A stretch of 33,970 nucleotides of DNA from Myxococcota bacterium (GCA_036339465.1 JAYZAY010000049.1:1-33970); one strand, 5' to 3'. Counted from the stretch's first letter, positions 1 through 10,282 are shown. Numbers and translations: made by a program. Notes: generated from the letters alone by a model not told the origin.

Positions 1-42
1 ACTAAATCAGCCCTTCGAAGAACCGAGCCGCCCTCCCCCCCC

Positions 43-78
43 AAAAAAAAGGCGTCGCTCAAACCAATGAGCGACGCC
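43..78 (-). terminator. Rho-independent terminator of the thioredoxin-domain gene
   Basis: 11-bp perfect stem GGCGTCGCTCA/TGAGCGACGCC (51-61/68-78) with a 6-nt loop, followed on the minus strand by T8 (43-50); about 30 nt past the stop at 107. Confidence 0.85.
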
Positions 79-106
79 GCCTTCGTGATTCATCAAAGAA
101 CCGAGC

Positions 107-1048
107 TTATTGCAGTATCCCCGTGTCTTCAATATGGCCCGCGAGGAAATCTTCGAGACCTTCTCCGTTCTCATCAGGAAAGCCATAACCACTCTTCACA
201 ATTTCGCCGTCCTTGTAGAGGATGAAAAGAGGACTGCTCGTCACGCCTTGCTCACCGGCCACTGCTGTGATTTCCGCCATGGCTTCGTCATGGGGATTCC
301 ACCAAAGCTTATAAACATCCATTGCGTCAGCATACTTCTCTGCTACCGCAGGAACAGAGCCCAATTGCTCAAGCAAGAGACAGTGCGCACAATAAGTGAG
401 GCCAAACTTCACGAGAACTGGCTTATCGTAAGAAGCTTCAATCACACGCTCGTTGAACTCAGTCCGAGTATCGATGGTATTGGTTCGGTTAAAATCCGAA
501 GCACCGATGGTCATCATGGCACGGGCGCTGTAGGGATAGTAGGCCCCTTCACCACGACTTGCCCGGTTTTCGATCACCTTTTCGAGCATCGTGAGCTTCT
601 GGATAAACTTCCACTTTTGCATCCGTGCCACGTCGTCTGTCCCACCTTGGGTCATTTCGTGATATTCGTACATGTACTGCTGCTTCATTTCCTGAACTTC
701 TTCGCCAGTTAACTTTCCATCACCGCGACCCTGGGTGCTCTTATCCACATACCAAGCCAAAACTTCAAAAAACTTTTGGCCGTCGTGATTTTCTTTTGGC
801 AAAGTAGGATTCAAAATAGCTGAAACCCACCCACCCACGTGGGATTGCGGATCATTGCTACCAATGATCCCTCGAAAATAATTTTGTAATTCACCGTCGT
901 TAAACCCATCTACCGACCAAGCCGCGCGCTTCTCTTCAAGCGTGGCCGGCGCCGCTGGCTGTGGATTAATATTTTCAGTGCTAGAGTCGGTGTTGGTCGT
1001 TGTCGCGGTGGTTGGGTTTCCGCTAGCAGAATTCACTGTTGTAGGCAT
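107..1048 (-). CDS. Thioredoxin-fold protein with low-complexity N-terminus and helical middle domain
   Basis: C-terminal KPVLVKFGLTYCAHC (CxxC) and GVTSSPLFILYKDG cis-Pro region. Start moved to ATG 1048 because AGGAG lies 7 nt upstream. Confidence 0.8.
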   Translation of the reverse strand: MPTTVNSASGNPTTATTTNTDSSTENINPQPAAPATLEEKRAAWSVDGFNDGELQNYFRGIIGSNDPQSHVGGWVSAILNPTLPKENHDGQKFFEVLAWYVDKSTQGRGDGKLTGEEVQEMKQQYMYEYHEMTQGGTDDVARMQKWKFIQKLTMLEKVIENRASRGEGAYYPYSARAMMTIGASDFNRTNTIDTRTEFNERVIEASYDKPVLVKFGLTYCAHCLLLEQLGSVPAVAEKYADAMDVYKLWWNPHDEAMAEITAVAGEQGVTSSPLFILYKDGEIVKSGYGFPDENGEGLEDFLAGHIEDTGILQ

Positions 1049-1101
1049 GGAGTATCTCCTCATGGTCCCATCAAAGGGTACCATTGAATATCGTTGTGTA
1101 A

Positions 1102-1128
1102 GTGTCGGTTGCATTATCGCAAAGCTTA
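1102..1128 (-). promoter_or_regulatory. sigma28/FliA-like promoter (putative)
   Basis: TAAGCTTT-N11-ACCGACAC versus consensus TAAAGTTT-N11-GCCGATAA; about 54 nt upstream of ATG 1048. Confidence 0.45.
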
Positions 1129-1171
1129 GAGATTCGTTGCTTGAAGAACCGAAAAATTATTCACCCCTGCC

Positions 1172-1585
1172 CTACACCGTTGGTTTAAAGCCATCATTCC
1201 CCTCCCAAAAACCATAACTCCACTCGAAGTGCCCCATGAAACAATCCCCCCAATATACCCCATCGCATAGATTAGTATGCTTCCTATGGGTACCCCGCTC
1301 TGAAAAAATCCAGAGGGTTAAAATTTGTGTCTCAACGAACGAAATCGGCGAGTATGGGAATTCAGTCCTTTTTAAAGGCCCCACCCTCGTGGAATTTTCG
1401 ATGAAGATATCGGCATAAGTCCCCATACTTGTCTCAGAATCGTAAGCATCCCCGATATCATCGGTATCAGTATCTGCTTAGTCAGCGTTGGCTTTATCCG
1501 GACAATTCTCTTTATGGTTGGCAACGTCATCGCAATCCCGGTCGTCGTCACAGGCATTAACCTGTTCTGCGTTCGCTACATTCGG
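1172..1585 (-). pseudogene. Thrombospondin type-3 repeat protein remnant
   Basis: One frame reads PNVANAEQVNACDDDRDCDDVANHKENCPDKANAD*ADTDTDDIGDAYD. TAA (1478-1480) sits at the conserved Gln of the TSP3 repeat, and the frame continues into ORF 1172..1426. Boundaries uncertain. Confidence 0.65.
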
Positions 1586-2297
1586 AAGCCTGCTACGAAG
1601 ACCACCAAAATACTGTGTGGAACGACACTGGAGAAAAACTACCAGCAACCAGAATTCTCGCTTATACCCATGACATTTGGTATCAAGGCGTCTTCCCGAG
1701 ACCACAAAAGGCGAGATTTTAGAGGCGATTATGCGCGAGGCCAAACAACCTCAACGCATGACCAATATATCCCAAGGTAAGCCCGCAAGATCGAATTTCC
1801 GGAAGGCAAGCTTGAAAGATCTTTAAGCTGTGGCCCCGTGCTAGAGCAAACTCGCCAAAAACTGTGGTCCTAGTGCTCCCCTTGCATACACATTCACCAC
1901 TAAGCGATGAGGATTACAGGACTTTTTTCAGATCAGTCTCAGGTCTGGCTACCCCAGCACGCCCTCGCGTGAAAACGGTTTCCAAGAAAACCAAACAATT
2001 ATCAAAGCCCCGGGTTTATACGACCTCAAGAAGGGAGGGAATAATCTCCGACAGGTTTGACTTGCACCAGGGCGCGACGCTAATCTTATCAAATAACGTA
2101 ACCCCTTGAGTCCGGTGGTCGTTTCTTGGGAGGGGTGGGAGAGAGTAACGATAGGCAATTGAGGTCTGGTGGATGAGCAGGAACGTGGCCAGAAACTATC
2201 TCAAATAAAGATTTTTGTAGAAAAAAATGGCCCGGGGTTACCTCTCAAGGAAAGGGCATCGTGCCAAATAAAATCGACTGAAGCGGAGAATTCAACC

Positions 2298-3221
2298 ATG
2301 ATTGCAAAAGAAGTCGTCGCAGGCAGCAAGATTCTAGTGGTAGACGATTACGACACAGATCGATTACTCTTTCAAGAGTTCGTTCAAGCATCGGGCTATC
2401 AAGTCATTCTCGCCACCGATGGCCGAGAAGCTCTCAGGATTCTCTTAGACAATCCCAATCTAGCCTTACTTATGACGGATATCAACATGCCCGATCTCGA
2501 CGGGATCGATTTACTAAAGCATGTCAGATATGCACGCCCACATATACCCATTATCGTCACAAGCGCAGATCCCAGGATACTCGAAAATACCGCACTCCAG
2601 GCTTTAGATATCAACATCACCCTTACCAAACCAGCCAACCCCGAGACCATCAAGGCGGTCACTCAACAAGCACTGGGTGGAGGGTATTACACCGAAGAAC
2701 TCCTAGGGTACCTTCGCGAGTTGGTACTAGAAACGATGAATGACAAAGACCCTGCACTTTCGGTAACCCCCGAGGGGAAACCATACTTGCGACACGGCCC
2801 AGAACTATTGGGAGACCTTTCTGTCGTCGTCGGGGTTTCCGGACAACACCTGCGAGGTACAGTCATCTTAAGTGGACCGACCATTTGGTGGAATCGCCTA
2901 ACCCGCAGCGTCTACGGAAAAAAAATAACAAACAGCAACGCCCTTTTTGATTGTTCCGGTGAATTTGGCAATCAAATCACGACCAAGGTTCGCGAGTACT
3001 ACTTACGTCGAGGAATCGAGTCCCAGCAAACCCCTCAAATGGTGTTTCGGGGTTCAAAGGTGGAACTCTTAAGTCAATATCGTCAACCAATTCTCACCCT
3101 GCCCTTTATCGCCGTCGGCATGACCGATCCCTTCTATCTCGAAGTACAAATCGCCCATAGAGGTGAAGAAAGCAAGGTAGAAATCGAGATCCAGGATGAC
3201 GGCGAACTCGACCTATTCTGA
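2298..3221 (+). CDS. Response regulator receiver fused to CheX-like phosphatase domain
   Basis: REC motifs ILVVDD, TDINMPDLDG, VTSA, TKP. C-terminal VVVGVSGQHLRGTVIL and GEFGNQI (ExxN). GGAGA RBS before ATG 2298. Confidence 0.85.
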   Translation: MIAKEVVAGSKILVVDDYDTDRLLFQEFVQASGYQVILATDGREALRILLDNPNLALLMTDINMPDLDGIDLLKHVRYARPHIPIIVTSADPRILENTALQALDINITLTKPANPETIKAVTQQALGGGYYTEELLGYLRELVLETMNDKDPALSVTPEGKPYLRHGPELLGDLSVVVGVSGQHLRGTVILSGPTIWWNRLTRSVYGKKITNSNALFDCSGEFGNQITTKVREYYLRRGIESQQTPQMVFRGSKVELLSQYRQPILTLPFIAVGMTDPFYLEVQIAHRGEESKVEIEIQDDGELDLF

Positions 3222-3337
3222 CCAGCAAAAAACGGTGGTAGCCAAAAGTAGGTCTGGTGCACTAAACAAAACTCAGCCCAGGATCTTAGGGGGATTTTTT
3301 TAGCGTAGAAATTATTTCACGCCTTACTTTCGTCTTT

Positions 3338-3364
3338 TAAAATCCACTCCTTACGTCCCGATAG
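3338..3364 (+). promoter_or_regulatory. sigma28/FliA-like promoter (putative, no intact ORF directly downstream)
   Basis: TAAA-N15-CCCGATAG. Confidence 0.35.
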
Positions 3365-3781
3365 AAACCAATCGTCAAACAAGCGTATCACCTTTTATCA
3401 TACCCAAGTACAACGCCCATACCCCTACTTACCGTTAACATTAAGATTCTCATCAACCGCAACAAATAACTCAAATTACCACAATTCGTACTCTGTCTTT
3501 ATTGGGAACAATAAGAAAAGATTCTACCGATCCCAATGAACTCGGCAAAAAAGTTTGATGGGAAAAACATAAAAAACGAGCCATGGACATCCATTAAAGA
3601 ACCAAACGCATCATACAAAGCCGCGCAGTTTAAATCCGAAGCGAGGGTATTTTGTCTGGTCGCCTACCTCAAAAGAGCCAAACCAAAACGCCCTTAGGTG
3701 GAAGGGCGGGTCATCATCTAAATCCCAACTCCAAGATGAACTCCATCACTCCCCACTCCCAACCATCCTATCCGCCAATCA

Positions 3782-3932
3782 TTAAGTGATACCGCCCTTT
3801 TGAATCGCCAACAAAACCACACCCAATTCATTCTCAGCTTCCCGGAGCATTTTGATTTGGTCCACGCCTCTCTTCAATATCCTGGAGCGTATCTATCTCC
3901 CCAGTCCCCAAGCTTGCATAGTGCCACAACAT
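3782..3932 (-). pseudogene. Small protein gene, frameshifted
   Basis: GGAGG 5 nt before ATG 3932. MLWHYASLGTGEIDTLQDIEER stops at 3834, while an overlapping frame gives VDQIKMLREAENELGVVLLAIQKGGIT* ending at 3782. Confidence 0.4.
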
Positions 3933-4173
3933 ACCAACCTCCATGCCTCCGGAATAATACCCGGGACTTTCAAAGTCCACATGGGATCATGTCGTTATCG
4001 TGCCGATCATTCGAACAACTACGCCACATAATCACCATAAAATCTTTGTTCACTTTTTTGAGCCGAACCTGCTTTCAGCCTACCATATGTCAGTCTGTCA
4101 CTTGAATTTTTAACGCAGGACGTCTAAACCCCAAGTGCCTAAGGCAAACACCCCCTCTGATTGGAGCGCCCTC

Positions 4174-6087
4174 ATGGTTTCATCCACAAATTCTATTCCC
4201 AAAGATAATTTCGACCTTAAAAGTCTCACCAACCTTCTTGAGCACGACAATTTCGAAACGCGGGCCGGATTGAAGGAACTCTTTAAAGATGAGCTATTTA
4301 CACCTCGCTATAATCTAACCCTATCCGAGGAACGGGACATCGCCCTGGCACGACTCAAAGCGATTTGTAAGCATCAGCTCATCTCCGTTCAGGATTTTTC
4401 TAACAATCCCCAACGCATTTTTACCGTACATGAAATCTGCGGCATGGTTGACGGCTCCATGGCCACAAAAATGACAGTGCAATTCAACCTTTTTGGAGGC
4501 ACAATCCTGAAACTGGGCACGGAAAAACATCACCGGAAACTTTTAAGCGAAATTGACTCGCTCAAATCAGTTGGATGTTTCGCTTTAACGGAGTTGGGCT
4601 TCGGCAATAACGCTGTGGAGATGCAAACCACTGCAATCTATGACCGCGACAAAGACCAATTCGTCATCAATACCCCTACGACCTTGGCCAAAAAATACTG
4701 GATCACCAATGGTGCCGTTCACGCCCATTATGTCATCGTCTTCGCTCAACTTATTATCAACGACCACAATGAGGGGATTCACACCTTCCTAGTCCCAATT
4801 AGAAATAAAGAGATGAAACCCGCTAAAGGTGTTTCGATTTGGGATATGGGCTACAAAATAGGTTGCAACGGAGTTGATAATGCCACCTTATCATTTGATA
4901 ACGTCAGAATCCCCCGAGAAAACCTTCTGGATTCGCTCTCCACTGTGAACCAAAAGGGCAAGTTCACGAGTAAAGTGAAAAGCCGAAGAAAACGCTTTCT
5001 CGTCGTCGCTGACCAACTTTTGAGCGGGCGACTTTGCATCGCATCCATGTGCCTTGGAAGTACCAAAACAACACTCGCCACCGCTATTCGCTATTCTTCC
5101 TCTCGCTTAGCGGTAGGTCCTAAGGGTGCGAGCGATACGCCCATCTTATCCTATCAGCTACAACAACGAGCACTCATCCCACTCTTAGCCACAACCTACG
5201 CAAGCAACTTCGGCTTAAGCTATGCCAAAGAGCGGTACGCCGCCCAAACCACCAGTGACGCCATGGATGTCTTAATCTTATGTTGCGTTATGAAACCCCT
5301 AATCACCTGGCATGCCGAAAATACAGCCAGCACCTGCCGGGAAAGATGCGGAGGGCAAGGATATCTAGCTGCCAACCGATTTGGAGAAGCTATCGGCGGA
5401 GCACATGCAGGCATGACCGCCGAAGGCGACAATCGAGTCTTGATGCAAAAAGTCGCTAAAGAGCTCCTAGGACGTACTTCTAAAGTGGCAATAATTAAAG
5501 AGATGGCCGCAGATTACCTTCCTTCGGGAATTCGGCGTCTCGTGGAAGGTATTGATGCCAATGACCTTCGAGATCACGATGTGCTGATGTCTCTCTTTTC
5601 CGTTCGAGAAAAGAGACATCTCGCCGAACTCGCAGGAAAAATGAATAAAGGCAAAAAATCGGGCAACTCCATCTTTGAAACATGGATGCAGCATGAATCC
5701 GATTTGGTTCAGGGACTGTCCAAGGCCTATGGCGAACGCGTCATTTTGGAACAATTTGTCGAGAATATCCAAAAATCGCCAAAGCCCCAACAGGACATAC
5801 TATCAAAACTATGCAGCCTCTATGCATTGGCTCGACTTGAAGAAGAATTGGCTTGGTTTATGGCCGAAGGCCTACTTCCCATCAAAGCCGGTAAACTGGT
5901 TCCCCAAGAAATCAGAGGTCTCTGCGCCGAAATCGCCCCAGACGCACGCACCCTATGCGATGCCTTTGGCATCCCCGACCACATGTTCCACTCTCCTATC
6001 GCTGGTGATTGGGAAACCTACAACACCTATGACAATCAGGGAGAATTGCTCACCAAACCTGAGGATACCCAAAAGGTATTTCAGTGA
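4174..6087 (+). CDS. Acyl-CoA oxidase (acyl-CoA dehydrogenase superfamily, ACOX type)
   Basis: [45 protein letters not shown] (catalytic Glu) and an ACOX-type C-terminal extension. GGAG before ATG 4174. Confidence 0.9.
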   Translation: MVSSTNSIPKDNFDLKSLTNLLEHDNFETRAGLKELFKDELFTPRYNLTLSEERDIALARLKAICKHQLISVQDFSNNPQRIFTVHEICGMVDGSMATKMTVQFNLFGGTILKLGTEKHHRKLLSEIDSLKSVGCFALTELGFGNNAVEMQTTAIYDRDKDQFVINTPTTLAKKYWITNGAVHAHYVIVFAQLIINDHNEGIHTFLVPIRNKEMKPAKGVSIWDMGYKIGCNGVDNATLSFDNVRIPRENLLDSLSTVNQKGKFTSKVKSRRKRFLVVADQLLSGRLCIASMCLGSTKTTLATAIRYSSSRLAVGPKGASDTPILSYQLQQRALIPLLATTYASNFGLSYAKERYAAQTTSDAMDVLILCCVMKPLITWHAENTASTCRERCGGQGYLAANRFGEAIGGAHAGMTAEGDNRVLMQKVAKELLGRTSKVAIIKEMAADYLPSGIRRLVEGIDANDLRDHDVLMSLFSVREKRHLAELAGKMNKGKKSGNSIFETWMQHESDLVQGLSKAYGERVILEQFVENIQKSPKPQQDILSKLCSLYALARLEEELAWFMAEGLLPIKAGKLVPQEIRGLCAEIAPDARTLCDAFGIPDHMFHSPIAGDWETYNTYDNQGELLTKPEDTQKVFQ

Positions 6088-6113
6088 AAAAACCATTGTA
6101 GCCAGAGAGCGCC

Positions 6114-6494
6114 ATGCAAAAGAATATTCTAGGACAACCATTGGACACTTGCAGCCACGATCCAATCACGGGCTTTTATCGAGACGGATGTTGCCGCAGT
6201 GGTGAAGACGACCGCGGACAACATTCGGTCTGCGTCAAAGTAACCGGAAAATTCCTTCAATTCTCCTCGACCAAAGGCAACGACCTAAGCACACCTCGAC
6301 CTGAATTCAATTTCCCTGGCTTAACGCCCGGAGATTGTTGGTGCCTCTGTCTCGCGAGATGGGTAGAAGCCTACCAGGCGGACTGTGCTCCGGAAGTTAT
6401 ATTGGAAGCAACGCACGAAAGCGCACTCCAAGCCATCCCACTGGAGATATGGCTTAGCCATGGGGTATCGAAGGACAATCTTCTTCCGCATTAA
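6114..6494 (+). CDS. DUF2237 family protein
   Basis: NILGQPL..CS.DP.TGFYRDGCC, GNDLSTPRPEFNFPGL.PGD.WCLC..RW.EA, LEATHE. Confidence 0.92.
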   Translation: MQKNILGQPLDTCSHDPITGFYRDGCCRSGEDDRGQHSVCVKVTGKFLQFSSTKGNDLSTPRPEFNFPGLTPGDCWCLCLARWVEAYQADCAPEVILEATHESALQAIPLEIWLSHGVSKDNLLPH

Positions 6495-6739
6495 GGAATG
6501 CCTTTATTTCACGTGTTATCTTATCCATATACCTAAATTACACCCCGGCACCCTCGCATCAGACGACAGCCTATGGTCCAAGCCGGGTAGCTTCTTTACT
6601 CTTTTGAGCCTTCTGCTGTATTGGAAGGGCCAAAAACCCAATTGAGAATGTCACAAATAAAGCAATGATGAGTCATGATTGCTGAAATAGGCAATTTTAG
6701 GCATTATGGCGGATATTCCCCCCCCCCCGTTCCACCAAA

Positions 6740-8842
6740 CTAACGCTTCTTGACGGGGCGCACGTACCGTTTCACCTGAGAAAGTGGGTGCACGTAGCTT
6801 TGGAGTTCAAAGCTGCGACATCCACCGGGCACTAAACAGCGGTCCGATGCTGCCGCCTCATTCGGTAACCACGATGGCCCAAACATGGCCATGGACTCGC
6901 TATAACTCACGTGCAAATGATGATGATGGAAGTAATACCAACCTGCTCCACCATTGGTAACCTCATAGGTAAGTTTCAAATTCGTACAAGCAGGACCATC
7001 AATCCAATCCGCAGCACAAAGTTGCTGAACCGCATCTTCGACGATCGGACCGACCTTTCCATCAACCCCAATAACCCGTAGCGCCGGGTTATCGTGTAAT
7101 TTCGCAATAAAGACAGCCGTTCTCCACTTATCGAGAAGATGGGGTTGAGACACGCAATGGGACACGTCTTGGCCACCACTCACATGGATGCAAACCGAGC
7201 GCAGGGTGTTGTCCATTTGCCCGAGTTGATAATAGGCAATATCCATATCGCTTCCGCCCTCATGCGTCCCATCTGGATGTCCAGGAGCGTCGTATTGGGC
7301 ACCTGGAATATCACCATTTTCCTCGCTCATATCTCCCAGACCAAGGGGCATAAACCCCTGATAATCCCAGTCCGAACTCAAACATTCAGTCATAGCCGTC
7401 GCGTAGCGAACCACCCCCATGACGTCTTTTCGAATCCAGCTACGGTATTGAGAAGCGCCCTCCTGGTTGATTTCATAATCCCAATAACCATTGGCTAGGC
7501 GGGGATTAAAACGGTAAAGCTTGAACGTTGAATTGTTAGTCGCTCCAATATTGGTCATACCCACAACACCGCCGGTAACATTATCCCATGCGGGGATACC
7601 GGAAGTTCCGCCAGTACAGCTTGGAATAGGGCCCGAAGGGAGATCGGTGGCCCTAGGAATACACTGACCATTATCGGCACAAAACTGACCATTGGGGCAA
7701 CTGCTATCGGTACAACGATACCCACCATCCCCGTCTCCCGAAGGTGCACAAATAAAGGATTCGTCGTAACAAGAATAACCGCGTCGACAATCAGAGGTAG
7801 CTGCACATTTGTCCATGCACATGGTCACTTCGCTACCATCTCCCATTCCAAATTGATAACAATCAGAACCCGTGGGGCATCCACCGGTGCAATTTAGAAC
7901 GGTGCAATAACCGCCCGGCCAACCGTTGGTTACACAGTTTGGTGCCGCCGAACCGCAATCATTGTCGGTCCGACAAAGTGCCCCAACCGTGCCTATTGGA
8001 GCCACGCCAGGGGATGCTGCACTTGTACCACCACTGTTTGAGCTACCACTATTGCTCGACCCACCGTTACTTGAACCGCCACTATTGTTTGAGCCATCAC
8101 CGCTATTGCCCCCCGCGTTATTGCCTAGATCGAGGTTACCGCCAGTCGTGGTGGTTCCACTGCACAGAAGCGAACAAGACGAATCGCAATCGGTGTTAGA
8201 ATTCATGGTGCACGAGCCATCGGAATCACAGGTCCCGTGGCAAGTGAAAGCATCACAATCGGGCCAGCAGAGATTATCGTAATTGGTCTCCTGAAGTCCC
8301 CAGCATTGAAAACCTGCTGAACATTCCGAGGTTGAACCACCACCGGAACAAGGAGCAGTAGCCTGTTGCATACAAATTCCATAGACGCAAAGGCCTGGAT
8401 TCACACTGCTACCTTGGCACTCATCGCTACAATGACAAAGACCACCGGGCGCCACGCCCCCTGGATTCACATTGCTGTTGGTGCAAGTTCCGTCTTCATT
8501 GTTGCCGCCTCCATTGTTGCCGCCTCCATTGTTGCCGCCTCCATTGTTGCCGCCTCCATTGTTGCCGCCTCCATTGATGGGCCCGTTATTGTTTCCACCG
8601 TTATCGCCATTCACGCCATTATTGTTGTTCGAGCTCGGATTGACGTTGTTGGGATTAATTTGATCACCATTGCTCTCGTCCCCATCAAAAAAATCCTCAA
8701 GTTCCTCTTTCTGTTTGTGGGCAGATCCCTCCCCCGAACAGGCCCCCGTCCCCATGGCAATGGCAACGGAAAAGAAGAAAAGATAAGAGAACCTAGCGAT
8801 CTTAGCGTTCCGAAGACCGAATAATTCGGCAAAGTGATTCAT
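6740..8842 (-). CDS. Cys-rich lipoprotein with C-terminal MepA-like (LAS family) zinc peptidase domain
   Basis: Lipobox-like MGTGAC, Gly/Asn and Gly/Ser linkers, Cys-rich modules, LGDMS...GTHEGGSDMDIAY (H-x6-D) and HHHHLH (HxH). AAGGA RBS. Confidence 0.75.
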   Translation of the reverse strand: MNHFAELFGLRNAKIARFSYLFFFSVAIAMGTGACSGEGSAHKQKEELEDFFDGDESNGDQINPNNVNPSSNNNNGVNGDNGGNNNGPINGGGNNGGGNNGGGNNGGGNNGGGNNEDGTCTNSNVNPGGVAPGGLCHCSDECQGSSVNPGLCVYGICMQQATAPCSGGGSTSECSAGFQCWGLQETNYDNLCWPDCDAFTCHGTCDSDGSCTMNSNTDCDSSCSLLCSGTTTTGGNLDLGNNAGGNSGDGSNNSGGSSNGGSSNSGSSNSGGTSAASPGVAPIGTVGALCRTDNDCGSAAPNCVTNGWPGGYCTVLNCTGGCPTGSDCYQFGMGDGSEVTMCMDKCAATSDCRRGYSCYDESFICAPSGDGDGGYRCTDSSCPNGQFCADNGQCIPRATDLPSGPIPSCTGGTSGIPAWDNVTGGVVGMTNIGATNNSTFKLYRFNPRLANGYWDYEINQEGASQYRSWIRKDVMGVVRYATAMTECLSSDWDYQGFMPLGLGDMSEENGDIPGAQYDAPGHPDGTHEGGSDMDIAYYQLGQMDNTLRSVCIHVSGGQDVSHCVSQPHLLDKWRTAVFIAKLHDNPALRVIGVDGKVGPIVEDAVQQLCAADWIDGPACTNLKLTYEVTNGGAGWYYFHHHHLHVSYSESMAMFGPSWLPNEAAASDRCLVPGGCRSFELQSYVHPLSQVKRYVRPVKKR
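8497..8576. repeat. 15-bp tandem repeat, five copies plus a partial, encoding GGGNN
   Basis: CATTGTTGCCGCCTC repeated five times perfectly. Confidence 0.95.
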
Positions 8843-9310
8843 GTGGTTATCCTTTCAAGACTGGTGTCGTTTTTGTCCTAAGGCGGCGAAGAGTCTGCGA
8901 CTTAGAGAAAAAATGCAACATCAAAAGTAACAAATTAGTCGCTTTGGGACTCCCTGATCTTTCGACACCACAAAGAAAAAAACCAAAAAAAATCGTTGAC
9001 CCTATGATTACAAGTCCAATGTTTTCGCCGAAGAGGCCAGACGACACCCTTGCTAAGCCACCACCCACGACCACCGAAAATCATCGCTATTTCAGGTGCA
9101 GTTCCTGCCAATCAAGCCAGCAGAGCCGCCGCCCGCTCTTGATTGGAATGCACCTACGAATTGGGTGCCAATGCAGTGATCGAAAAGCCATTCCCCCCCC
9201 CAAAGCGTCGGCCCGAAATGAGAAAGAGACCCCCATGAACGTTGCTTTTTTTCAATTGACTGGCTCTTGATTAACTGCTCGATTCTTAGGAGATTCAATA
9301 CCAGAAAAGA

Positions 9311-10282
9311 ATGTCTTACATTCTTAGGACCACAACCATGGAAATATTCTCAGCGATCTACACCAAAGGCGAAATCACCTACCTTTCCCTAATTACCTTG
9401 CTCTTATCACTCCTGTGGGTACTGGGAAATCGCATCATCAACCGAACAGAAAACTCCCTTCGACTAAAGGCCAAGAAAATTGAGGATTACGAAACGATCC
9501 ACACCGAAAGCCCAGTGGAAAACCTCGAGCAACAATCCCGTGAAATCGCCGAAGAAAGTGTTGTCAAAAGGTTTTCTCTCGTCCGAGGCATCTTCAATTC
9601 CACCCTCCTGATCATTTGGTTGGCAGCAGTTTTTATCCCTTCCCTCGAAAAAGTACCTGCCAATTTAGCCTCATTTGTCTTGGGGTCGCTGACTATCTTG
9701 GTGGGCATCGCCGCCAAACCATTCGTCGAAAACATCATCGCGGGAATAGTGCTCTCGTTTTCGCAACCTTTTCGCATTGGAGACACCGTCAATATCGATG
9801 AGCATTGGGGCACCATTGAAAAAATCGAAAGAACCTTCACGGTCGTCCGAATATGGGACTGGCGACGATACATCATCCCCAACGCCAAACTCATCTCCAA
9901 AGAATTTGTGAACTACACTACTGTCGATTCCTACCAATGGGCCTCTGTCGAATTCTGGGTACCCTACGAAGCAGATCTAGAAAAAATTGAAGAGTTGGTA
10001 GCAAAAGCGACCCGTAAATCCAAATATTTCGTAGAACACGAAAAACCTCGCTTCTGGATTATGGAAATGACGAAAGACAGCATCCGTTGCTGGGCCGCTG
10101 GTTGGGCTGACTCCCCTGCCGACGCCTGGGCACTTGCCCACGACCTCAGAACCCATCTTATTACGGATTTTCGTGCCCACAACATCCGCTGTGACATTCA
10201 CCACCACCAATTCCAGCCGAATCAATTTTCACACGACCACTCTCCAAACTCAACAATGGCACGCCCTGAAACACTCCCCTAA
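9311..10282 (+). CDS. Small-conductance mechanosensitive channel (MscS family)
   Basis: Three hydrophobic segments, NIIAGIVLSFSQPFRIGDTV, G.IEKI, IIPNAKL....VNYT. Alternative start at 9338. Confidence 0.92.
   Translation: MSYILRTTTMEIFSAIYTKGEITYLSLITLLLSLLWVLGNRIINRTENSLRLKAKKIEDYETIHTESPVENLEQQSREIAEESVVKRFSLVRGIFNSTLLIIWLAAVFIPSLEKVPANLASFVLGSLTILVGIAAKPFVENIIAGIVLSFSQPFRIGDTVNIDEHWGTIEKIERTFTVVRIWDWRRYIIPNAKLISKEFVNYTTVDSYQWASVEFWVPYEADLEKIEELVAKATRKSKYFVEHEKPRFWIMEMTKDSIRCWAAGWADSPADAWALAHDLRTHLITDFRAHNIRCDIHHHQFQPNQFSHDHSPNSTMARPETLP

Noticed and set aside
1750..2290. Short ORFs 1864..2109 and 1949..2158, and the N-terminal extension of ORF 2169
   Set aside because: No RBS or motif support; a better RBS lies before 2298.
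3400..3720. Possible decayed gene after the sigma28-like site (ATA-PKYNAHTPT... frame)
   Set aside because: Stop density is about random expectation and no recognisable motif is present.
7926..8824. Plus-strand ORFs with LLPPP/IVAAS repeats
   Set aside because: Antisense shadows of the lipoprotein linkers.
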